NCBI GenBank assembly: GCA_037447605.1
Contig: CM074807.1
Location: 1,550,001 to 1,614,000, forward strand
Direction: 5' to 3'
DNA length: 64,000 bases
From: Zygnema circumcarinatum SAG 698-1b
Taxonomy: Eukaryota > Plantae > Zygnematophyceae
How positions within the stretch are numbered: position 1 is the first letter of the stretch; each line of letters opens with the position of its first letter. Shown here piece after piece: positions 54,368 to 64,000 of this stretch. A program made the translations under genes and the position numbers. Below the pieces are notes generated by a model. The model was not told where the DNA came from, ran no database searches, and saw only the letters and a list, made by a program, of their open reading frames with translations.

Positions 54368-55979
54368 AATTATGTAATTCAGAGGAGAATGTTGGAGAGA
54401 TGATGTAGTCTGCTTGTGCTGCAGTTGAAGATTCCACATGGCATCGAGATCCTGCAACAGGAACTGATGGCCATCAACATTAACATGGCACTCACAGCGA
54501 GGGAGGGGGGCGCCTGAAAGCGAGGCAGTTAAGGGTCAAATTTTCAGCTCTCAGCTTTTTATATGTCATCCTCAGAGGCTCCCAAGGATCAGATTGGCCA
54601 CGACAGAGATAATGAGGTCATGTTTTTCTTCATTCGAAGCTAATTCTACGGTGATCACTGCTAGCTAAATCGTTTTTGGTGTGTAAAGTCTGTCACTTTT
54701 ACCCGTCTAGACCTCAACTTATTGTGATCCTGCATTGCTTTTCATGTCCAGGACCCGTCCATGCCCCTTGCGACTATAGACCGAACATAACGGTGCTAAA
54801 CACGGCGGCCCAAGCATTGCCATGGAGCGGCTTAAACGGCTTTAAGCCGGCCGGCCTGACCGGCCTTAGGACACTCCCTCTGACGGCTACATGCAGTGAA
54901 ATCCGTTAAACGGCCCTTTGCGGGCACATGTAGAGTTTGTATCTCGAAGATTTGGCTCTCGGCTAGTTAGACATTTCCTTTTTTTGAAAGAAAATGTATG
55001 CGAAACGAAAATGTATGCGTGGGGTGTTCAGGGTCTTTAGGGGTTTTAGAGTGACGCAAAAGCGTTGGCACCAGTTTAGTCTCGTGAGGTCCAGCGGCTG
55101 ATGCTTTTGCCGGACAGTACAAGTACTCGCTGCTATCGACGGCCCTGTCGCCGTCATTTAGCCACCCACGCTTTGTACAAGAAATAATAATCGGGCGTGT
55201 CAGCCTTCAAACAAAAAAATCGTTAAACAAGAAATTTCCGACAGGTTGATACAAAACGAGTATTCTTGGGTCATCGTTATTCGCCAGCAAAAGAGGACCG
55301 TACTCCGATGAAAATGTCTCCAGGCAAACCACTTCCAGCTGTGAACCCTCAAGGAAGGGTGGCGTCTATTCTCTGTTGGGTGTGGAAGCAATGCAGCAGC
55401 CATGGCTTGCAAGGAACACATAATGTCATCATGCCATACGAGTTCACGTAGACACTGACAATTCGGCCATTTCACAACTGAAGGCTTAACAAGACAGCGC
55501 AAGGCAGATATGTATAAGAACCTCATCTTTTTGGGCAGGCCCCCCATGAGATTTGGGTGGCTGTTATATGGGAAAATAAAAGCTACAAGAAGCTCTCTAA
55601 AGGATACGTTTAGCACAGCCTCTCCCACTGTGAGCGCTCAGCAAGCACGATAAACCGTGTCTGAAACGGTGGGCAAATGTAGTGGGCTTGCTATAGTAGC
55701 TAAAAACTCAATCTTAATCTAAAGCAATTATGTCGCTAAAAGTAGCACGATGACACAGAGTGGGACTCAAAGCAGCGTGGCCGCTGTCATGCACCTGACC
55801 TTAGGCCTACGGCGGTCGGCTGCTCTTTTAGAGAGTAAGTATATCCCTAATCTCGAAAGTCAGCAGCTTGAAACTTTCTCGACATCCCGTGTACACGAAC
55901 ATCCAGACTGCCATCTTGCTTTTTGACTGAGCAGGCAATACATTTCACATCATTGCGTGAAGCTCCTGGGGGTTCTTCA

Positions 55980-57325
55980 TTACTTATACATCATTGCCTG
56001 TGCCGGAGGTGCCATGCCCATTGCGCGAAAGCGTGCCATGTTGGGGCCATAGCCTGCAAGTAAACGATAGCCAGCTGTGTCACTGTTCCGCAAATGAAGA
56101 GATAATACTGCCAATGGGACGCAACAGGATGCTCTATCAATGCATAGGGCGATCAGGTGTAATCACTTTCATGTCTTGTATCTCTGACGTATTCTTGTTC
56201 ATCTGAATATGCCTCAGTCCAGAACTGGAGTGGCAGTTTCAGGCGGTTCAGGAGGGCAGCACTTGCACTGCAAGGCAGTGGCTATGCAGGACTTGCCGAA
56301 TGTGAATGACTATCTAGTGATGCTTGTACTGCTTCATGGAACTAAGCAATACTTGGACTTACCAGCTGACAGGTCCCAGCCGCGCTTCTTTAACTCCCTT
56401 CCCTCTTGGCAGATAGCACAGGCCGTGCACCAACAATGGGTGCAGAAGTCTCCACAAGGCTGCTGTGGCAGCACATACTTCTGGCGGAGCTGCTTCCGAT
56501 ATTGGCAGGTATACAAACATCCGCAGGCAGTTAAAGACTGCACGAGGAACCATAAGAGTCCTCCAGTGGCACATTCTGTCCAAAACGGAAGGGAGAAGCG
56601 AGTAGACATCGCAGACATTAGGAGGTGGCGGATCACAAGTATTTGGCACACACACAAGAGGTGTCGCGTCCATGCCATGTACAAACACCATTTACCCAAA
56701 ACTTGATCCATTGTGACAGCAAGCTCCGTGACAGGATACATGTTTGGAAAGATGTTTTGAAAAGAAAAATATATATCAGACTTGGTCAGAATTGCAGCAA
56801 ACTCGACGACTATGAAATCCGTGAACTACGAGCTACAGTAGCTTCCTGACGGTTACCTGTGCGACCATCGGAAATAATGGCGATGTTCCGCCCCACTTGA
56901 ATGCAGGGGCAACAGAAAGTGCAGCAGCCTGCGATAAACAATGCTGAGTCAAACTAAATGCTAACCTTTTATCGAGTAGGTTAAGAAATGGCCAACGTCA
57001 TGATCATTTTAGGTGAATTTCAAGATCCAATTCACAGCATTGTAGAAAAACAAACAAGGCAGTAATACTGCCGCTATTGATCTAAAAAAAGAGTTCATTA
57101 TTTGAATTACCGAACACAGCGAGCCAGCAGCAATGCTGCTGAATCCTGTGGAATGCAGGCATTGCACTGGATCTTACAAGTTTCGCAGTCGCTCAAGCAG
57201 CTGCAGATCCCCGTCGTCCATTTTCCCGAAGGATAGTTCGACATCGGCACGCTGTCACTGTGCACGACATATGCGAAGGGTCCCTGCAGCACCGGCATGC
57301 TCTGACCGCCCTCCTGCACGCCCAT
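55980..57325 (-). CDS. PLAC8-domain protein #3, 4 exons
   Basis: WTTGICSCLSD, CCCTFCCPCIQVGRNIAII, CGCLYTCQYRKQLRQKYVLPQQPCGDFCTHCWCTACAICQEGRELKKRGWD, APPAQAMMYK*. Confidence 0.92.
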
Positions 57326-57917
57326 GGCTCCCGGATGCCGCGCAGCCAGCAGATGGAAGGCAGTCGACAGGAGCGCCTGCAGCCCTGAGAGCGAGGGAGG
57401 GAGGGAGGGAAGGAGGGGGGAGGGAGGGCAAGGCAGGCAGACGGCGGAGGGAGGGAGAGGCGGCAGGGCGACCAGACGGGACGGGACCGGGCGCTACAGG
57501 CGGCGCCCGAAGCTACAGCTGCGGTCCTTGCGAGGGATACAGCCGTGAACGGAAGCGACAGCCGCGAGCGACGCTCGTGGTCCCTTCCACGCAATGGGGG
57601 ACGGAAAGCATCTTCAAATGGGATCTCACCACGTGTAATGTGGCACACGTGGCACGTCTCCATTGGAGGAGACCTCGAGCGGTAGTTCCGCAGAGAGTGG
57701 ACTGGAGAGGGGCCGCACTTTTTGGAGAGCCTTTCTTTGGAGGTCCAACTTTTGAGGAGACGGAGGTGTGGGACGTCGGTACACAGACTGGGGATGGAGA
57801 CGGACGCAAAGGTGTGCTTCCGGAGGACGCAGGTCGTATGGTTTCGAGTGCTGGATGAGCGCAGTGATGATTTGACTCGACTGGGAGAGAGTGGGAGAGG
57901 CGCAGGGGCGGGCGGCC

Positions 57918-60900
57918 ATGGCGGAGGGAGGGGAGGTGAGGAAGGAGGGGAGCTCCGCCGCATGGGAGTTGCAAGTGGAGCGCCTACATGGCGGGCAGCT
58001 GGAAGGGAGGGAATCTCAGTGCTCGCAGGAGGGGAGAGAGAGTTCTGCTGCAGGCGGCAATGGACGCTGCGGTCTGCCGAATGAAAGTATGGTGAGCAGA
58101 GTGAGTTTGCAACTTGCAGATTCCTGTTGGAAACTAATAAGTGAAATAAATTTGATGGTAAATTTTCTTTATCATGCAGCCGGCTAGTTTGTTTCGTAGC
58201 CCTTTTGCTCATGATGAACCGTGTGTTCTGATCAGCTGATGTTCGTTGCATACTGCAGACAGCCATGCTGAAAAGTGCTGCTCTAAAGAGCATCATTGAC
58301 GATTACGCAATACGCATTGACTCCCTTGAATTCTCACAAAGATATAAAAGTCTTCTGGAGCCTTTAGCCGAGGCTGAGGAGGAGCCAACGTCACAACCCG
58401 GGTTCGAAACATGTCCTGAAGTGCCTCCTCTGAGTGTTGTGATGCTTGTCGTGGGTACCCGAGGCGACGTCCAGCCTTTTGTTGCCATCGGTAAGCGCTT
58501 AAAGGTGAGGTTGTTTACAAGCTGCACGACACATCCTCACATTTTCATTTCTGACCTTATCTATGGGCATTCGATGTCGACAACGTCATTTCATCCGCAG
58601 CAAGCCAGTCGGCGTGCGCCACGTGCCTCTCACCAGTCCGTTTCTGTCGCACCAAGCTGCATAATCAACAAGGATGATTTCATCCATAATCACTGCAAGT
58701 GCCAAAAGTAGAACACTCTCGGGACATAGTGAGAGATTCGAGATATCTGTGAAGCATGGATAACTTTTCCGTACTCCAGACCTTTCCTCCGTCCTCTTGA
58801 AGATTAACTTACGTAGCTTAGCATTTTTTGGTGGCGACTCCATACGACGGCAATTGTGTTCCTTACAAACTTCTCCAGAAATATTAGTCGCTACTTCTGG
58901 TCGTTTAATTGATCATCTGAAAAGAAATTCTCTTTTTTTAGGCACACAATCCAAAAAAGTACCACTGGAGAAGTTACATATTATATTTCAGTTTCGGTGC
59001 AAGTACCGGAAGAGTATTGAAAGGAGTGGTTCCAGGATTCGGGGTCCATTGCCCATGAATGGAGTCATTATTCGAAGGGACTATTGTCCTTTTGGCACTT
59101 TAATCGTATGCATTAGGAGAAGTTCTTAATTTGGCTTTCTAGTAGAATCACTTGTACGTGGACAACCGTGTCTTAAAAGTCATTGAATAACACAACTAAT
59201 TTCCTGCCATTTTTCCGAAGGCATTTTTTCACTGTGTCTTCTCCCTTTCAATTCACTGCACCTGAGCACCTGTCGTATGAGAATTATCGCCAGTAATGGG
59301 AAAGATGAAAGGGATTGTGAAAAGGACAGGGTGATGGGGAGGGTGAAGGAATATGGACACAGAGTGCGACTTGCGTCCCATGCGACACATCGTAGCTTTG
59401 TCATGGGATCGGGGCTTGAGTTCTATCCACTAGGAGGTGACCCAAAGGTTTTTGCAGAGTGTAAGTCTTTGTTTTCTTTGCTAACTTGCAATGTCAAGAT
59501 GCACCTCTTCAATATAACGAATGACTTTTTGAAAACTCGGTTTTCGGACCTCATTCTGGGTGCTGTGGCCAGAACACACGTTGTAACACTGGCGATGTAT
59601 TGATACTAACCTGCAAGCTTAAGTGCCACATACCTATTTCTAGACTATGAATATCAAGGTTGATTAGTCTTTTGGGGTTGTGGAGGAGAGTAGACCTGGT
59701 GAAGAACAAAGGGCTTTTCCCGGCAAGTCCTTCTGATGTGAGCACACAGAGGCGCCAGTTACGGTCCATCATCAACTCCACGTGGCCAGCCTGCACGGAA
59801 CCTGACCTTGAGACTGGCGGAAGGCCATTCGTTGCAGAAGCTATCATTGCGAACCCTGTAGTAACGGGTTAGTTCTGTTTAACTTTGCTGCATTTTCTCC
59901 TGTTTCAGCCACTGCGGTTGGTTGGTCAAAAGACCGTTATGACAGTCTCAGGTTGTCAATGCATGCCGGAAGACTGTCCAGCACAACTCAACCCCACTCG
60001 ACTTTCCCCAACCCATGTATTTTCAAAACTGCTGCTTCATTAGCCCCGTCAAGCAGAATTATATTGATAGTGTCCTAGAATTCATGATTGAAGATTGAGG
60101 GGTGGGGGAGGGTTGAACTAGTCAAAGAGAAAGCTGCTGGCAAAGAATAAAAAAAATGTCTAGCGTGCTCCAGTAGCCGTCGAGACTGGGGAAGAATCCG
60201 TAGGTGTTGTGCAAAAGAGCGACATGAGTATGTGCATGTGTTTCCATGGAACAGTTGCACGCTTACCAGTTGCACTTTTGCAACGCATCTTTGGCTTGCA
60301 AGAAATGAAAAAACGATCAAGCCAAAGTTGCCACTCAATGAGAGGCTAAGTCGAAGGGGAGGAGGCTTGCAGGTCACACCCACGTGGCAGAGAAGCTGCA
60401 AGTGCCGCTTCATATCTTCTTCACCATGCCCTGGACGTAAGAGGCTGAGCCATTAGCGTAGCTTGACTGCTAACTTTCCTAGAACCGTAAAGACAAATCC
60501 TTGCTTGAATGTTCATGCCATCGTCCATTCTTTTAGACTGAAAGCACGTGATGTAGGGGCATAGCATCTTGACAGAACTTGGCAAAAAAGTGACAATATC
60601 TGAAGTGTTGGGGTTTCGATGTGCTTAATCTTGAATTTTAGACACTAGGCCCTGCTTGATCAACCAGCGAGTGTTTCATGCAGGCCGACAAGAGCATGGC
60701 CGCACCCCTTTGCCAAAGTTGCCCATGTCAGAGGGTGGGAAAGTCTGGTGAGTTCCGTTCCAAGTTACAGGTGGTGGTTCAGGTGCGACTGTTGAAGTTG
60801 GACGTAGAGCAGCATTCACAGTTACAAGGCCAACCCTTACTGCAAAGGACCCTGTCTGTAGATTAATGTTCGTTTTGGATCCATGCTCATTTTCCTTTGC

Positions 60901-63415
60901 ATCAATGTCAATCAATCCAAGTTCAAACCAACTGCGTGGCCTGAAATCCTTCACACTGCACGCTGCTTGGGTGGGTGAGGATTCTAGTTGACCTACGGAT
61001 TGGTGGAGACATTCGTAGACATTGGGGTGCTTGACATTTTGAATGATTTCCGGAAGACGCGCCTCGGGCTCCCTCCCATTTCATACCTTAACCTTCTCTC
61101 TTTTCACAAGAAAGCGGTGCCCACAGCCTACATGTGGAGCCCCGCATTGGCCCCAAAACCGAGAGGTAATCCGTACTCCCCTCTTTCCACTGCCTTGGGC
61201 AGAATCTGAAGGTTACATGCATCTATTTAGACTGCAAAATCTTCATGGCATCGACCACTTAAAAAAATATAGGAAAACTCTCGGAAAAACCTTGTTAAAG
61301 CGGGTGGAGCAGATTCATCTCTATCCTTTTTGTTTGGAATGCAGACTGGGGGCCCCTTATAGACATCGTAGGCTTCTGCTTTCTGAACCTTGGCGACGAG
61401 TATGATCCTCCCTCAACGCTTGTAGAGTTTCTCAAGGCCGGTGCGCCTCCCATCTTTTTTGGGTTTGGAAGCCTGGTACGAAAATCATCCGTGATCAACT
61501 TCACTGAGGAATTCACCGTTTCTTTTCTTCCCAATTGATCGCCCTCTTGGAGAACTTGAAAACATGCTGCACAATAAGCCAGGGAAGTAATAGACTCGTA
61601 AAGATTTTCTTGGATAACGGTTCCTTCTGCGGCAATCTGCAAACTATTACTCGTGGCATTGAATGGAAATCCGAGTCTTGCACTCTTTCTTCCTGTCTTG
61701 TGTAATCCTCTCTTATACGGGGCAACCCCTATGGCAGCCTGTAAGGAATCCCGAGGCTATGACTGCTGTTATCGTCGAGGCACTGCGGCAGACGGGACAA
61801 CGTGGGATCATTCAAAAAGGCGATGGTGGCTTGGGCAACCGTAGGTTTCAACCTCTCCACTGTAACGATGCCTTCATCACGTCTGAATACAATAATATTT
61901 TGTAGCTGATGGACCTCCTTCACCACTTTCCCTACGGCAAACATGCAGATGCTGCATGATTGTCTTGGGGAGTAATGGATGTGGGACAGTGGAGCAGCCA
62001 GTTGAGGACGTGTACATCATTGGAAATTGCCCTCATGATTGGCTCTTCCCGCAGTGTGCAGCAGTGGTGAGTGTCGCTATCTGCTTCATCACAGAGACCT
62101 GCTTTGCTGGTGGGTAGAGCTAACTGTTCTAGTGAACGGAGTCACTGGTTTGGGAAGAGCAGGAGCAAAGATTTCCTTGTTGGTGATACAAGGGAAGCTT
62201 AGATTGTGAGAGGCTTATTGGACTCGTGCCTGTTGGAGGATGTCTACCATGGAGCAGGTGCATCATGGAGGCGCAGGAACTACGGCTGCAGGACTAAAGG
62301 CGGGGGTGAGTGGCGATCATAATGGTAGCTACATGAATGGAGGATGTCACACTTGTATAAAGGACGTGCACTAATCGACACTTGATATTGCAGCACAGGA
62401 TTTCCCCCTCTATGGTGGGGTCCCATGAAATTTCATGCCTGAGTTCTTGGAATGATCGCATCCAAGTACCCATTTAGCGCGTGAGAGAGGGCCATTGATA
62501 TTGTCTTTCCTGCGCAGCGTCCCACAGCAATAGTGCCCTTTTTCGGAGATCAGTTTTTTTGGGGACTGAGATGCGAAAGCCGACGGGTGGGCCCAGCTCC
62601 AATTTCTGTCGACCAGTTCGACCTTGACCATGTTGTGAATGCTATCACCATCCTGCTGCAGCCCGAGGTATGTGGAGGGATGGAATGCGCAGAAAATTTT
62701 GGTGCTAGGAGGGTGAGGGGGGTAGGGAGCAGGGCAAGGGAGCACAAAAGACGCACTTTAAGTTGTTGGCACTTCACTATTCCGTTTCCTCCGACCATCA
62801 GCAGCGTGTGTTGGTCTGCCTCTGGTTGTTGACATACGTACAGTTGCCAATTATCTCAATAAGAGGTTGAGAAGGGTTGGCGTTGAGCAGGTGATTGAGG
62901 CAACAGATATGCTTTCCAGAAAGATTAAAGACGAAGACGGTGTCGAGGAAGCAATTAAAGCTTTCCACAAGCACTTGCCTAAAGGCGTTAGGTTGGTGAT
63001 CTCAACCTCTCTTCTTGCCTTTTGTGCTTGCTTGTTTCTTATGTTGAGAGGAGAACTTCCAAGCGTACATGGGGTGACTGAAATCTTATATGCCATGGAC
63101 CATTGGTAGAACACCGATTGTCCCTGAGTGCGAAACCATCCTTTGCCTAAAGTAGACAATAATGCATCCCCTCGGAAGTGTACGATTCTAGACCTTGTAG
63201 ACCTGAATGGCTGATGCTATTATGGTAGCAGTAGTCGCATGGTGCTACGCATATTCAATCCTTTTTGTGATTGTTTTGCCAGGTCAAGCAGCGAGTTCAA
63301 GGAGACGGATGCAGAGGAGGCACAGTGGACGACTTGGTGTAAAGCGTTGCACTCCTGGCCATGGTGTCGCTGTCTGCTGTCATCTCCAAGCTTGAAATCT
63401 ACGCGATCCATCTGA
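57918..63415 (+). CDS. UGT80: Sterol 3-beta-glucosyltransferase, UGT80 family; last exon uncertain
   Basis: VGTRGDVQPFVA, GHRVRLASH, EFYPLGGDPK, AIIANP, HVAEKL..FFTMPWTPT, YMWSPALAPKP, FGFGSL, CPHDWLFPQC..VHHGGAGTTAAGL, VPFFGDQFFWG, EDGVEEAIKAFHKHLP. Confidence 0.9.
58797..58940 (+). pseudogene. DEAD-box RNA helicase fragment inside UGT80 intron 2
   Basis: Translates LRSLAFFGGDSIRRQLCSLQTSPEILVATSGRLIDHLKRNSL: GG doublet and motif Ib (ATPGRL-like); no motif I or DEAD seen nearby. Confidence 0.6.
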
Positions 63416-64000
63416 TCTCTCCGGCAATTTCTATGTGCATCGGCAATGTACCATGAAAACGTATCAAAAGGCATGTGGAAGATTGGAAAGCCAAGCCACT
63501 CGGTTGCACATATGTTGTGCCGCAATCATGCCGGTGTTGGCCCGGTGTACAGGTTCCCTGTCAGAGAAAGGGCTGTTCAGCTTCCTTACTGGGAGCCAGA
63601 CCTTCCTCCTCAGCGAATAAGTGATATGTTCTTATGAAGGGTCGACGTTTCAGGCAAGTTATCATCTGTTCGATAAGGCCGGGTCGTCCATGCTGGAGGG
63701 TTGTCTGGTTTCTAGGCAGGAGCTGGGTGCTTTCACTGGCCCGCGTTTTTCATAGGTTTGTGTGGAACTGGACCTTGTCACTGCTGCAGTGGCTTGTGGA
63801 AGATGACTGCGTTGTACCCTTATGCAGGCGGCACAGGCGTGTAATTGAACTGTATTATAAACCTTTTATGTGAACCAGAACTGCATCCTCTTTCAGTGTC
63901 TGCATACGTGAATGGAACTTTTGGGCATGTACCAGAGGGACTCCACACTGCTTGGGGGCGTTGCCATTGATGTCATGTCCCAAAGCTTCACATTCGCCAA

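Noticed and set aside
57133-58296. Long ORFs of 241 and 367 aa across the PLAC8 #3/UGT80 spacer
   Set aside because: Antisense or shadow frames of GC-rich leaders and real exons.

Overview
Eukaryotic, intron-rich, gene-dense nuclear DNA from a green plant. Gene content and compact spacing suggest a streptophyte alga or early-diverging plant (inference). The supplied ORF track therefore only shows exon fragments, and I built gene models by hand from splice sites and reading frames. Fourteen apparently intact genes, in order: CYP72-clan P450 (-), conserved plant protein of unknown function (-), intronless WRN-type 3'-5' exonuclease (-), BUD20/ZNF593 (+), PLAC8 #1 (+), CstF-64 with a long polyQ (+), EF-hand mitochondrial carrier (-), DusA-type tRNA dihydrouridine synthase (-), BRE/BRCC45 (+), peptidase E-like S51 enzyme (-), PLAC8 #2 (+), PLAC8 #3 (-) and UGT80 sterol glucosyltransferase (+), plus a doubtful unit at 9.2-10.1 kb. 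Also present: a decayed, highly diverged RNA polymerase second-largest-subunit paralog, F-box/LRR relics, a TA-flanked MITE family and a 258-bp intronic tandem repeat. Best leads: the diverged RPB2-like relic; an apparently mitochondrion-targeted PepE with intact triad but remodelled substrate pocket; a U12 AT-AC intron; recurrent G-rich 3' splice sites without a polypyrimidine tract; an AT-rich DEAD-box helicase fragment in an intron; and an snRNA-like structured element near 10.4 kb. No searches were run; family calls rest on motifs recognised by eye.
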